A stretch of DNA of 63,536 nt from positions 19,751,952-19,815,487 of the forward strand of contig NC_052171.1 of assembly GCF_902713615.1 (NCBI RefSeq), given 5' to 3'. Every line of letters begins with the position of its first letter. Position 1 is the stretch's first letter. The DNA is from Scyliorhinus canicula. Its lineage: Eukaryota. Under the pieces are notes generated by a model that was given only the letters and a program-made list of their open reading frames with translations, was not told the origin of the DNA and made no database searches. Of this stretch, positions 36,201 to 48,790 are shown one piece after another. The position numbers and the translations under genes were made by a program.

Positions 36201-39200
36201 CGCCGTGCTCCCTGCTCTCTCTGACCCGCCGTGCTGTCTGCTCTCTTTGACCCGCCGTGCTGTCTGCTCTCTCTGACCCGCCGTGCTGTCTGCTCTCTCT
36301 GACCCGCCGTGCTGTCTGCTCTCTCTGACCCGCCGTGCTCCCTGCTCTCTCTGACCCGCCGTGCTGTCTGCTCTCTCTGACCCGCCGTGCTGTCTGCTCT
36401 CTCTGATCCACCGTGCTGTCTGCTCTCTCTGACCCGCCGTGCTGTCTGCTCTCTCTGACCCGCCGTGCTCTCTGCTCTCTCTGACCCGCCGTGCTGTCTG
36501 CTCTCTCTGACCCGCCGTGCTGTCTGCTCTCTCTGACCCACCGTGCTGTCTGCTCTCTCTGACCCGCCGTGCTGTCTGCTCTCTCTGACCCGCCGTGCTG
36601 TCTGCTCTCTCTGACCCGCCGTGCTGTCTGCTCTCTCTGACCCGCCGTGCTGTCTGCTCTCTCTGACCCACCGTGCTGTCTGCTCTCTCTGACCCGCCGT
36701 GCTGTCTGCTCTCTCTGACCCGCCGTGCTGTCTGCTCTCTCTGACCTGCCGTGCTGTCTGCTCTCTCTGACCCGCCGTGCTGTCTGCTCTCTCTGACCCG
36801 CCATGCTCCCTGCTCTCTCTGACCCGCCGTGCTGTCTGCTCTCTCTGACCCGCCGTGCTGTCTGCTCTCTCTGACCCGCCGTGCTGTCTGCTCTCTCTGA
36901 CCCGCCGTTCTGTCCGCTCTCTCTGACCTGCCGTGCTGTCTGCTCTCTCTGACCCGCTGTGCTGTCTGCTCTCTCTGACCCGCCGTGCTGTCTGCTCTCT
37001 CTGACCCGCCGTGCTGTCTGCTCTCTCTGACCCGCCGTGCTCCGTGCTCTATCTGACCCGCCGTGCTCCCTGCTCTCTCTGACCCGCCGTGCTGTCTGCT
37101 CTCTCTGACCCGCCGTTCTGTCTGCTCTCTCTGACCCGCCGTGCTGTCTGCTCTCTCTGACCCGCCGTGCTCCCTGCTCTCTCTGACCCGCCGTGCTCCC
37201 TGCTCTCTCTGACCCGCCGTGCTGTCTGCTCTCTCTGACCCGCCGTGCTGTCTGCTCTCTCTGACCCGCCGTGCTCCCTGCTCTCTCTGACCTGCCGTGC
37301 TGTCTGCTCTCTCTGACCCGCCGTGCTGTCTGCTCTCTCTGACCCACCGTGCTGTCTGCTCTCTCTGACCCGCCGTGCTGTCTGCTCTCTCTGACCCGCC
37401 GTGCTGTCTGCTCTCTCTGACCCGCCGTGCTGTCTGCTCTCTCTGACCCGCCGTGCTGTCTGCTCTCTCTGACCCGCCGTGCTCCCTGCTGTCTCTGACC
37501 CACCGTGCTGTCTGCTCTCTCTGACCCGCCGTGCTGTCTGCTCTCTCTGACCCGCCGTGCCGTCTGCTCTCTCTGACCCGCCGTGCTGTCTGCTCTCTCT
37601 GACCCGCCGTGCTGTCTGCTCTCTCTGACCCGCAGTGCTGTCTGCTCTCTCTGACCCGCCGTGCTGTCTGCTCTCTCTGACCCGCAGTGCTGTCTGCTCT
37701 CTCTGACCCGCAGTGCTGTCTGCTCTCTCTGACCCGCCGTGCTGTCTGCTCTCTCTGACCCGCCGTGCTGTCTGCTCTCTCTGACCCGCCGTGCTGTCTG
37801 CTCTCTCTGACCCGCCATGCTGTCTGCTCTCTCTGACCTGCCGTGCTGTCTGCTCTCTCTGACCCGCCGTGCTCCCTGCTCTCTCTGACCCGCCGTGCTG
37901 TCTGCTCTCTCTGACCCGCCGTGCTGTCTGCTCTCTCTGACCCACCGTGCTGTCTGCTCTCTCTGATCCGCCGTGCTGTCTGCTCTCTCTGACCCGCCGT
38001 GCTGTCTGTTCTCTCTGACCAGCCGTGCTCCCTGCTCTCTCTGACCCGCCGTGCTGTCTGCTCTCTCTGACCCGCCGTGCTGTCTGCTCTCTCTGACCCG
38101 CCGTGCTGTCTGCTCTCTCTGACCCGCCGTGCTGTCTGCTCTCTCTGACCCGCCGTGCTGTCTGCTCTCTCTGACCCGCCGTGCTGTCTGCTCTCTCTGA
38201 CCCGCCGTGCTGTCTGCTCTCTCTGACCCGCCGTGCTGTCTGCTCTCTCTGACCCGCCGTGCTGTCTGCTCTATCTGACCCGCCGTGCTGTCTGCTCTCT
38301 CTGACCCGCCGTGCTGTCTGCTCTCTCTGACCCGCTGTGCTCTCTGCTCTCTCTGACCCGCCATGCTGTCTGCTCTCTCTGACCCGCCGTGCTCCCTGCT
38401 CTCTCTGACCCGCCGTGCTGTCTGCTCTCTCTGACCCGCTGTGCTGTCTGCTCTCTCTGACCCACCATGCTGTCTGCTCTCTCTGACCCGCCGTGCTCCC
38501 TGCTCTCTCTGACCCGCCGTGCTGTCTGCTCTCTCTGACCCGCCATGCTCCCTGCTCTCTCTGACCCACCGTGCTGTCTGCTCTCTCTGACCCGCCGTGC
38601 TGTCTGCTCTCTCTGACCCGCCATGCTGTCTGTTCTCTCTGACCCGCCGTGCTGTCTGCTCTCTCTGACCCGCCGTGCTGTCTGCTCTCTCTGACCCGCA
38701 GTGCTGTCTGCTCTCTCTGACCCGCCGTGCTGTCTGCTCTCTCTGACCCGCCGTGCTGTCTGCTCTCTCTGACCCGCCGTGCTATCTGCTCTCTCTGACC
38801 CACCGTGCTGTCTGCTCTCTCTGACCCGCCGTGCTGTCTGCTTTCTCTGACCCGCCGTGCTGTCTGCTCTCTCTGACCCGCCGTGCTGTCTGCTTTCTCT
38901 GACCCGCCGTGCTGACTGCTCTCTCTGACCCGCCGTGCTCCCTGCTCTCTCTGACCCGCCGTGCTCCCTGCTCTCTCTGACCCGCCGTGCTGTCTGCTCT
39001 CTCTGACCCGCCGTGCTGTCTGCTCTCTCTGACCCGCCGTGCTGTCTGCTCTCTCTGACCCGCCGTGCTGTCTGCTCTCTCTGACCCGCCGTGCTGTCTG
39101 CTCTCTCTGACCCGCCGTGCTGTCTGCTCTCTCTGACCCGCCGTGCTGTCTGCTCTCTCTGACCCGCCGTGCTGTCTGCTCTCTCTGACCCGCCGTGCTG

Positions 39201-39992
39201 TCTGCTCTCTCTGACCTGCCGTGCTGTCTGCTCTCTCTGACCCGCCGTGCTGTCTGCTCTCTCTGACCCGCCGTGCTGTCTGCTCTCCCTGACCCGCCGT
39301 GCTGTCTGCTCTCTCTGACCCGCCGTGCTGTCTGCTCTCTCTGACCCGCCGTGCTGTCTGCTCCCTCTGACCCGCCGTGCTGTCTGCTCTCTCTGACCCG
39401 CCGTGCTGTCTGCTCTCTCTGACCCGCCCTGCTCCCTGCTCTCTCTGACCCGCCGTGCTGTCTGCTCTCTCTGACCTGCCGTGCTCCCTGCTCTCTCTGA
39501 CCCGCCGTGCTGTCTGCTCTCTCTGACCCGCCGTGCTGTCTGCTCTCTCTGACCCACCGTGCTGTCTGCTCTCTCTGACCCGCCGTGCTGACTGCTCTCT
39601 CTGACCCGCCGTGCTGTCTGCTCTCTCTGACCCACCGTGCTCCCTGCTCTCTCTGACCCGCCGTGCTGTCTGCTCTCTCTGACCCGCCGTGCTGTCTGCT
39701 CTCTCTGACCCACCGTGCTGTCTGCTCTCTCTGACCCGCCGTGCTGTCTGCTCTCTCTGACCCGCCGTGCTGTCTGCTCTCTCTGACCCGCCGTGCTGTC
39801 TGCTCTCTCTGATCCGCCGTGCTGTCTGCTCTCTCTGACCCGCCGTGCTGTCTGCTCTCTCTGACCCACCGTGCTGTCTGCTCTCTCTGACCCGCCGTGC
39901 TGTCTGCTCTCTCTGACCCGCCGTGCTGTCTGCTCTCTCTGACCCGCCATGCTGTCTGCTATCTCTGACCCGCCGTTCTGTCTGCTCTCTCT
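33235..39992. repeat. 26-bp minisatellite, about 260 copies
   Basis: Unit GCTGTCTGCTCTCTCTGACCCGCCGT; explains the 559-1686 aa ORFs with 26-aa periodicity. Confidence 0.98.
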
Positions 39993-40911
39993 GCGCTAAT
40001 CTGGACCAATGCTTTGATCCTTGGCTGCTCTGGTTCCATCCTCTATTTTCATTCCATGAGCCCTTTGGTCAAGAGCGGAATGAAGGCCAGCACTGTCGGA
40101 GAACAAAATTCCCTTTTCTCAAGAGCATCGAACCCATCATGTTTCTGCCCCTCTTGAGCTCTGAAGAGGTGGCAGGGGAACATTTCGCCCTCCATCAATG
40201 CTGCCAGTCTAGTGGGGGTTTTCCAGCACTTTCTCACCTGTCCCGCAGTGTGATTGGAGTAAGCGGAAGGGGGGAGTTTGGGAAACTGTGGACAAACGGA
40301 TATGTTAGTCTCGGAAGTGTCAAACTTGCACAATCGGAGCGTGGAAAGGAATTGAATCAGAGGCTGTCGTCAAAGGATGTGATAAGCCAGCAGAAATTTA
40401 TTTGCCATATCAATGAATGTAATTATAACTTCAATGCTGAGCTTCCAAACATGGAGTTACAAAACGGACAACATTCAGGAAGCCTTGAGTGCAAACACGG
40501 ACCCACAGCAAGAAATCGTGCAGCTGACCCATCGAGAAGGCAGGAAGGAAAATACAGACCATGTCAGGGAATGAAAATAAATAACATAGAATATTCTGGA
40601 AACATGTTTGTCCTCCACCTGACAAGTTGGTGTGCCTCAGTGACTTCAGAGCCATCCATAGTTCTCACCGCGGTCATTTATTTTGAGGGTTGAGGGCTGG
40701 TTTTTCTGTCTCACACCGCGAAACGTTACCAAACAGCAGACCCCTGCATTGATCAAGCGCCTGACTTGGGCCTTGTTCAAAAGCCCGAGGTGCTTCGCGC
40801 TTGATGGGCCCGTCTTTGAAACACAGCGGGCGGTTGCCGGGTTGACCACTCTTGGCACAGTATGATCCCACGAACAGCCGCAAGCTGATTGGACCAGGGA
40901 GGTGGGTGGGG

Positions 40912-41150
40912 TTAACAGTATTTCTTTCTCAATTTTTCCAATTGCGGCGGGGGGGGGGGAACAATTTAGCGTGGCCAATCCACCCACCCCGCATATCTTT
41001 TTTGGGTTGTGGGAGGAGGGGGGGGGGTGCGGGGGGGGGGGGGGCGGCGAGGCCCACGCGGACACGGGGAGAATGTGCAAACTCCGCAGGGGGCTGGGAT
41101 GGAACCTGGGTCCTCGGCGCCGTGAGGCAGCAGCGCTAACCGTCACCCCC
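40912..41150 (-). mobile_element. Decayed short V-SINE
   Basis: Core and head with expanded G runs. Confidence 0.7.
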
Positions 41151-42144
41151 CCCCCCTGTCTTCAGAGTATGTTTTGCCACACTTGCTGGGATGGCATGCC
41201 AGCTGGGCACGGCTCCTCACTGGGTCGCTGACGTTTGCCACACGCTGGGGTCAGCTTTCAGCCGCGTGTGCTGAAATTCTCAAAACGCAAATTTTATTCT
41301 GGCGAAGGCGGGGGGGGGGGGGGGGGGGGGGGGGAGGAGGAGGAGGGGGGGGGGGGTCTGTCCTGCAAACAGGAGAGCTCTTCCCCCTGAATGGAACATC
41401 TGCATGATGTGAGAGATACCCCAATGCCACCGTCCAGACTGATCGTGGCCAGCTCATTGCCGCAGCTCCCTCTTGTGTTTGACCCCCTCGGCTCAGGTCA
41501 GCTCGATGGAAGAGAATTGTTGAAATATGTTTGACGAGACATTTCGTTCCTCCCACAAAGTGGACACCGGTCGCAGAGAAGGAAATTCCGGGCGGGAGTC
41601 TTGCGGATTCCCCTTGTCCCGGGAAGGATTTGTTGGCTCGGGAGGGAGTGCTGCGGGTTTGAATCGAACGGCACCTGGGCTCCCAAGGAGAGGTCACGCA
41701 AACCCGCCTTCTATTTTCTGCAGTTCGGATGGTGCGATTTGATCAGAATTCGCCAGTGACGGGGGCAACGATCGGGTGGAGAGGGAGGGCAGCTACCCCT
41801 GCTGGTCGGGGAGTCTGGGACGATAGGTTGTCGTCAAAAGATTTGACGTTTGGGGAGTGAAATTAGGAAGGACTTTTCTGTCAAAGGTTTAGAACTTGCC
41901 AGATCAGGTACAAATTATAAATCGGAGACGCGGAGATTTCTAACATGACCCCAAGGAATAAATGGATTTCACGGGAAGGCCGGGATATGGAGTGAGATCA
42001 CAGATCAGGCATGATCTCACTCAGTAACAGAACAAACTCAAAAGGTCTCCTATATTTTTTCACTTTTCTTCCCCCTTTAACCATCACTTCTCTCTCTGTC
42101 CTTGTGGCCCGCAGTCTGCACTCGAGGGAAATTACTCACGGCAG

Positions 42145-42350
42145 GAAGTCTGACAACACCAGGTTAAAGTCCAACAGGTTTGTTTGGAATCACTAGCTTT
42201 CGGAGTGTAGCTCCTTCATCGGGCGACTCGCCTGAGGAAGGAGCTGTGCTCCGAAAGCTCGTGTTGGAAACAAACCTGTTGGACTTTAACCTGGTGTTGT
42301 CAGACTTCTTACTGTGCTCACCCCAGTCCCAACGCCGGCAGCTCCACATC
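42145..42350. mobile_element. Penelope-like terminal-repeat fragment forming a 164-bp palindrome
   Basis: 42145-42226 is the near-perfect reverse complement of 42228-42308. Confidence 0.8.
42228..42264 (+). ncRNA. Minimal type-I hammerhead ribozyme motif (Penelope type)
   Basis: CGC-CUGAGGA-A-GGAGC(UGU)GCUCC-GAAA-GCUC-GUG: core boxes, stem II, palindromic AGCU in place of stem III, short stem I. The mirror copy on minus (about 42190-42226) has CCGAUGA. Confidence 0.65.
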
Positions 42351-42699
42351 TTGGCAGGGTGGTTAGAGGGCAAGGGGGAGGAACCATTAATACTCCTGGA
42401 TATCCCCAACGCTCCCGTGAATGACCAGACCCTTGTGAAACAATTATTGCAAGATCCCCGAGAGGCCGCATCGCTGCCAAGATTTTGTAAGGTGACCCTT
42501 ATAAATGTCCCCAGATGCTTGGTGATGAACGCCGTTAGCACAGCCCCAGTGGAAAGCTCGCACATCACCCATCTCCCGGCGTGGGAGATGGGGAAAATCC
42601 GAAGGAAGATGACTGCAAAGCGTTGATATGATGCGTTTGCTGTGGTGTTGGAAGAACATCGTGCTTGGGCTAGAATGAGCTCGGTGTCATTGATAGAGT

Positions 42700-43400
42700 C
42701 GTAGATATTTACAGCATGGAAACAGGCCCTTCGGCCCATCTGGTCCATGCTGCCCAGTTACTATCACTAAGCTGGTCCCACTTGCCCGCATTTGGCCCAT
42801 ATCCCTCTATACCCACCCTGCCCATGTAACTGTCTAACTGCCTTTTGGACCATAAAACATAGGAGCAGAATTAGGCCACTCGGCCCATCGGGTCTGCTCC
42901 GCCATCCAATCATGGCTGATATTATTCTCATCCCCATTCTCCTGCCTTCTCCCCATAACCCCTGATCCCCTTATTAATCAAGAACCGGTCTATCTCTGTC
43001 TCAAAGACACTCAGTGAATTGGCCTCCACAGCCTTCTACGGCAAAGAGATTCACAACAGAACAAAGGACAAAATTGTACCCGCCCCTACCCCTGCCTCTG
43101 CCAGCCCGTTCCAGTTGTTCACCATCTTCTGTGAAGAAATTTCCCCTCGGTCTCTTTTCTATCTCTCCCCTCTCACCTTAAACCGATGCCCTCTAGTCCT
43201 AGACTCCTCTACCTTTGGGAAAAGATGTTGACCATCTACCTTCTCTATGCTCCTCATTATTTTATCGATCTCCCTAAGCCTCCTACCCTCCAGGGAAAAA
43301 AGTCCCAGCCTCTCCTTATAACTCAGACCATCAACTCCTGGCAGCATCCTGGTAAATCTCTTCTGCACTCTTTCTAGTTTAACAATATCCTTCCTATAAT
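42700..43400 (-). mobile_element. Nested CR1 LINE 3'-end fragments
   Basis: QKRFTRMLPG..LSYKERL.LFSLE.RRLR...RTRGHRFKV. Confidence 0.8.
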
Positions 43401-43414
43401 AAGTGCGTACAACT

Positions 43415-43442
43415 TTTATTTTCTTGCTGTGATTAGTTTATT
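43415..43442 (-). terminator. Candidate polyadenylation signals of stc1
   Basis: Two AATAAA on minus (43437-43442, 43415-43420) ending a 1.4-kb SINE-free stretch after the stop codon. Confidence 0.45.
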
Positions 43443-44839
43443 CTCGGCCTCTGTGAACTCTTGGCTTAAGAGATGATTGCATTTTCCACCTACCCTCACA
43501 TGGACAATCCCTCTTTGGGGATGGTAGTCCCCACTGTTTCTTTGCCTTCTCTATCACCTGAATTAGATTTGGATTGGATCAATGTGGTGGAAAGAAGAGG
43601 TGTAAAATGTTGGCTGTCATTGAAACCGAAGAACGGTTTTGTTGTGAATAGTGACCTTGGCTGCTCCTGCACATCAAGGTGATGGTGATGGGACTGCATG
43701 TGTTTGACAACCTCCAGCTGCAACGCCAATGGAACTGGGACAAGGAGTTCCTCAGCATTCAAGTCCACTCCAAAAACAAGGAAAGACTGTCCCTCTTGAA
43801 TAACAACGCTTCGTGCTAAGGTGAGGAATTTTGTTGAGTTTTGCGTAGCTTGTAACACTATTATCTGGAGAGAAATCTTTCACACGTGGCTTGGAATCTG
43901 CCTCCAGATTGACTCCGAGGAGGGAATTGGATAATGTCATGTTCTGAATCAGGGAAAGCTGGGTAATTTGAGCTCATCGTCTCTCACCTGGAGCCCATCC
44001 AGCCATTATGTGCCTCCTTCCACAGTGCCTGACACTGTGAATTGGATCAAGGCAGTGTGCAGAGGGAAGATTTCTATCCGTTACCATGAACAAACCCCCT
44101 TCTCCCCGACCCCGCCCAAGATACAAAGACAATGTTCTATCAGAGTGTGCTCCCTAGTCCCTGATGAAAGCTGGCCTTGTCTTGGCGATCTGCGGGAATG
44201 GGATTGCGAACGGCTGTGACTGTCTCTCCTTGAATTGTGCGATTAAATCACTTGCCCACCGAGTGGGGAGGGCAGACTCCCCAAAGAGCTTCCTCTGAAG
44301 AGGGCTGACCCCACTACCAGGTCTGGAATGAGGCGGTGCTGCTGGGGACTGAATGCTTCACCTACTCTACGCAGCATCCCCCCTGTGTCCGCTGTTCAAG
44401 CACAGGTATTCATTCACCAGTTCCCAATACAACCTGCCCACAGCCTAACAGCTCCCGTCTGCTCCGGACCGAAGGCTAACGTTACCAGGTGGGAAAGCTG
44501 GGAGGGAGGTTGGTTTGCGGCATTTGGAAATGTGACCTTTGCTCTTTGACGGGGACTGGACTCAAGCTGACTTGTATTTGGCTGGTGTTCCCTCAGTTGG
44601 GTGGGTGGGGTGGGGGGGGGGGGGGGGGGGGTGGGGGGGAAAGAAAGCAGATGCTCTGACTCGTGGTCACTCTCTAAGAGAGCTTGCTGCGCCTCGATGC
44701 CCACCACGCGGTCGGATTTGGCACTTGCTCGCCGTAAGCTGCTATGATATGGACAGTTACCAGTTTGACGGATGACACTGGGGGCACCTGGGGTTCTGCA
44801 GGCAGGCCCAGGCGCCCTCCCCCTTACCGCCCGCCGCCG

Positions 44840-45113
44840 TCACTCGTTCTCGCCTGACCCCAGCTTCGGGCCGGGTCGGCCGGCTGCCTCGCTGCCGCCC
44901 TGGTTTTGGAGGAAGGTGCGCAGTTTCTGGCGCTGGCTGGGCGGGCGGCTGTCGGAGCTGGCCCTGGGCGGCGAGGGCAAACAGTGGTCGCTCTGCAGCA
45001 GGTGGACGAAGCCGGAGAAGTGGGTGCCCAAGCCGACCATCATATTCTCTCGGATGCTGTTCACCGTCTCCTCATCACATTCCAGAAGACTCCTGAGCAG
45101 CTTGTTGTAATAC
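44840..45113 (-). CDS. stc1: Stanniocalcin-1 exon 4
   Basis: Acceptor cttgcctgcag|G; RYYNKLLRSLLECDEETVNSIRE...LLQSDHC...QKLRTFLQN..., TGA at 44842-44840. Confidence 0.95.
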
Positions 45114-45323
45114 CTGCAGGCAAGACAAGAATTGCAGAGACAGATGTCATTGGAGCTCGCCTTGACATGTCGAAAGGGGAATTCAAAGCCAAGAATTATC
45201 ACCGAGGACCCTCAATGAAGACATATCTTTCAGTGTTGACCAAGGTTTAGTGGCGGGTGTGGAAGGGAAGTTAATGTGAGGATTAGTTGGCCGCTTATAG
45301 AATCCATTAATATTAGTTGCTGT

Positions 45324-45772
45324 GGGGCAGCACGGTGGCGCAGTGGGTTAGCCCTGCTGCCTCACGGCGCCGAGGTCCCAGGTTCTCCACCCTATCCTAG
45401 CCCCTTAACCTCCACCTCCACCCTATCCCCTTAACCCAGAAACCCCACCCGTCACGAAAGGCAATTTTGGACACTGAGGGCAGTTGATCATGGCCAATCC
45501 ATCTAACCTGCTCGTCTTTGGACTGTGGGAGGAAACCGGAGCACCCGGAGGAAACCCACGCAGACGCGGGGAGAACGTGCAGACTCCGCACAGACAATGA
45601 CCCAAGCCGGAATCGAACCTGGGACCCTGGAGCTGTGAAGCAATTGTGCTGACCACTGTGCTACCGTGCTGCCCCAACAACCCAAAGATGTGCAGGGTAG
45701 GTGGATTGTCCACGCTAAATGCCCCTTAATTGGAGAAAAATCAATTGGTTACTCTAAATTTCTAAAAAAAAA
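45324..45772 (+). mobile_element. Short A-tailed V-SINE with a nested inverted V-SINE (45385-45674)
   Basis: Flanking direct repeat AATATTAGTTGCT; internal opposite-strand copy. Confidence 0.82.
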
Positions 45773-46579
45773 ATATTAGTTGCTATTAAAGAAAAAGCGT
45801 GCAAAAGCATGATGGGATTGCTTGACTATATTTTAACAATGCTTCTGGACAAAACTCAGAAGGTCAGATAACGTAAACAAAATACTGCTTAATATTTTAT
45901 TCTCGGCCTTATCATGATAACATGTTCTCCCGAAGGACAACAAATTGTGTGTGAGAACCTTCTGTCACTATTATTATTTGTGCAGCTGTGGGAAAGCCTC
46001 TGACTCTCTGTACGTCCTTGGAATGTCCCACAGGGTCAATAAACCACTGTCAAAAGTGTCGCCCACCGCCTAAGCTGGGTTGTGCCTAGTCAGGTCGCAC
46101 AAAGAGAGGCGACCACTTCACATATTTGGTGCTACCTCATGGCACCGAGGACACCCCCCCCCCCCCACACCCTATTCTCCTTCAACTAGGATCCTGGGAC
46201 ATCTAGGATGGCTATCCGTCCATCTCAATCTACCGCATGTGACCTTGCAGCGCTCCCTCAGCCACGGCAATGGAGTGTCAGCCAGGGTTTGGCAATGTCC
46301 GCGACACAGTTTCCATGGCCTGTCCAAAAGCACGGTCCTGGGGGGGGGTCACTCTCGCAGCTCCGAGATGAATCAGCCAATGGCCATGATGATTTAATTT
46401 GGCCGTGCGATGCACGGATGGCGAGCAGAGGCACTCCAGTAAGAGTGGGACGGATATTTAGAGATGTCGTGCCTCACAGCTAGAACCTGGCCCAGAAAAT
46501 ATTCAGGTAGACAAGGTGAATGAGTCAAAAGTACATTTTCCTTTCACTGATGGGATCATTGGGAATGTTGGACAAAAGG

Positions 46580-46881
46580 AACATAGAACATAGAACAGTA
46601 CAGCACAGAACAGGCCCTTCGGCCCTCAATGTTGTGCCGAGCCATGATCACCCTACTCAAACCCACGTATCCACCCTATACCCGTAACCCAACAACCCCC
46701 CCTTAACCTTACATTTATTAGGACACTACGGGCAATTTAGCATGGCCAATCCACCTAACCCGCACATCTTTGGACTGTGGGAGGAAACCGGAGCACCCGG
46801 AGGAAACCCACGCACACAGGGGGAGGACGTGCAGACTCCGCACAGACAGTGACCCAGCCGGGAATCGAACCTGGGACCCTG
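46580..46881 (-). mobile_element. V-SINE, head truncated, about 35 nt from the stc1 exon 3 donor
   Basis: Core and tail. Confidence 0.85.
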
Positions 46882-46916
46882 AAGTTTATCCATGGATGGT
46901 ATTTGCAACACCGTAC

Positions 46917-47128
46917 CTGTTTTTGAAGTAGGCAGGGAGCTGGATGACCTCTGTTATAGCGGCAGTGTTGTGTCTCGCCATGGTGCAAATGTTCAGTTTC
47001 CTGTAACACTCCTCCTGGATGTCCGCGATCATCTTTTGAAAAGCAGAGCACCGGCGGATGGTGAAGAAAGCTCTGGAAGTGATCCCGTTAACGATGCACT
47101 TCAAACTGTCCTTGACGAAGGCTTTTCC
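46917..47128 (-). CDS. stc1: Stanniocalcin-1 exon 3 (212 nt)
   Basis: [70 protein letters not shown](R); cag|GGA acceptor phase 0, AG|gtacgg donor phase 2. Confidence 0.96.
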
Positions 47129-47315
47129 CTGCATTGTAGAAATACTCGTCAGTCCGTAAACGTGGTCTGTGCGTCAACTGTGCACTGGAAATAACCTCAA
47201 AAAAGACCTTGCCCCAGAACGTTCAAATCAAAAGCATCAGCAATGTCAATGTCCCAAGCTCCTCCCTTCCCTGATCTCAACCAGTCTAATGGCCCGAGTT
47301 CTGTTGACTAACATC

Positions 47316-47661
47316 ATAGAACATAGAACAGTACAGCACAGAACAGGCCCTTCGGCCCTCAATGTTGTGCCGAGCCATGATCACCCTACTCAAACCCACG
47401 TATCCACCCTATACCCGTAACCCAACAACCCCCCCTTAACCTTACTTTTTTATTAGGACACTACGGGCAATTTATCACGGCCAATCCACCTAACCCGCAC
47501 ATCTTTGGACTATGGGAGGAAACCGGAGCACCCGGAGGAAACCCACGCACACACGGGGAGGACGTGCAGACTCCGCACAGACAGTGACCCAGCCGGGAAT
47601 CGAACCTGGGACCCTGGAGCTGTGAAGCATTGATGCTAACCACCATGCTACCCTGCTGCCC
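47316..47661 (-). mobile_element. V-SINE (HE1-like), full length
   Basis: Head/core/tail. Confidence 0.9.
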
Positions 47662-47869
47662 CTTGGAGCTTTCTACTCCAACTTGAGGCCACAGGCTTGC
47701 TGATGGCAGATGTAAAGTGTTCCATTGTTTTGGATGCATCTTTAGCCTCATTCAGCCTGCACCCCAAGAAAACCCTTCCCCTCTACAGTTTATGTTTCAA
47801 ACCTGTTGCTGACTGTTGATGTTCACTGATACCAAGCTTTCTAATCCTACCGAACCATGATGAGGCTTG

Positions 47870-48127
47870 GCAAGAAACGTATAAAGTTATGATGGGAATG
47901 GATAAGGTGGAAACAGGGAGGTTGTTTCCACTGGCGGGTGAAATTAGAATTGGGGGGCATAGCCTCAATATAAGGGGAAGCAGATTTAGGACTGAGTTGA
48001 GGAGGAACTTCTTCACCCAAAGGGGTTGTGAACCTGTGGAATTCCCTGCCCAGTGAAGCAGTTGAGGCTGCCTCGTCAAGGCAACGATAGATAGATTTTT
48101 GAGCAGTAAAGTAATTAAAGGTTAGGG
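47870..48127 (+). mobile_element. CR1 LINE 3' fragment
   Basis: Homologous to 28484-28730 (ETYKVM.GMDKV...LFPLAGE...GHSL.IRGSRFRTELRRNFFTQR). Confidence 0.8.
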
Positions 48128-48706
48128 CAGGCATTGTCAAACTCGGGTGCGCCTCCCATGGGAGGGTCGCGGAGCCGTCCGTGACGGCGCTCCCGATCGC
48201 GCAAATCTGTGCCGCCTGTTAATAACGGCAGCTGCAAGCGGCCTTCAAAATGGCTGCGAACACGTAAAAAATAAAAATGCGGCCGCACTGCGCATGTGCG
48301 CCGATGATCTGCCACGCATGCGCAGTGCGGCCACCTTTTTTTTAAACGGTCGCAACTTTTCGTTTTACAAGTTTGGGCGAGGGTTTTGTTCATTTATTTT
48401 ATTCATTTAATTTTTTTAAGTTCGGGGGGGGGGGGTTTCTGAAAAGATTTTACCGGGAAAAAACTTTGGACAGATGGAGACTCCATACTTTCCGACACTG
48501 GAAGGCTTCACCTTCATCCAACATGGTTCCATTGGAGGAGCGTGTACGAGGGGCCAAAGGGACCCAAAACCATTTCCTCCATTTTTGTCAGCAGCAAACA
48601 AGGTTAGAGAAAATGGTGGGTCGCGAAGTTTGGCCGGCGTGGGTCGCGAAGTTCGGCCGGTTGGTAAAAATGGGTCCCCGGAAAAAAAGTTTGGGGGAGG
48701 CACATG
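48128..48706. mobile_element. Putative non-autonomous hAT-like DNA transposon with an internal palindrome
   Basis: Starts CAGGCATTGTCAAACT; GGGTCGCG subterminal repeats near both ends; central GCGGCCGCACTGCGCATG...CATGCGCAGTGCGGCC palindrome; no clear TSD. Confidence 0.55.
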
Positions 48707-48790
48707 ATCTTCAGGACACTGACTATTCTACTTCTAGTTTTCTTGGAGGCTTCTGGTCATTTGGCTAATGCATCACTCCATTAATATCAT

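Noticed and set aside
33304-39950. ORFs of 1686, 780, 707, 584 and 559 aa
   Set aside because: Pure translations of the 26-bp minisatellite, which has no stop codon on the minus strand in any frame; no start context or domain
39923-40693. 256-aa plus-strand ORF
   Set aside because: Starts at a GTG inside the minisatellite; no recognisable domain or splice structure
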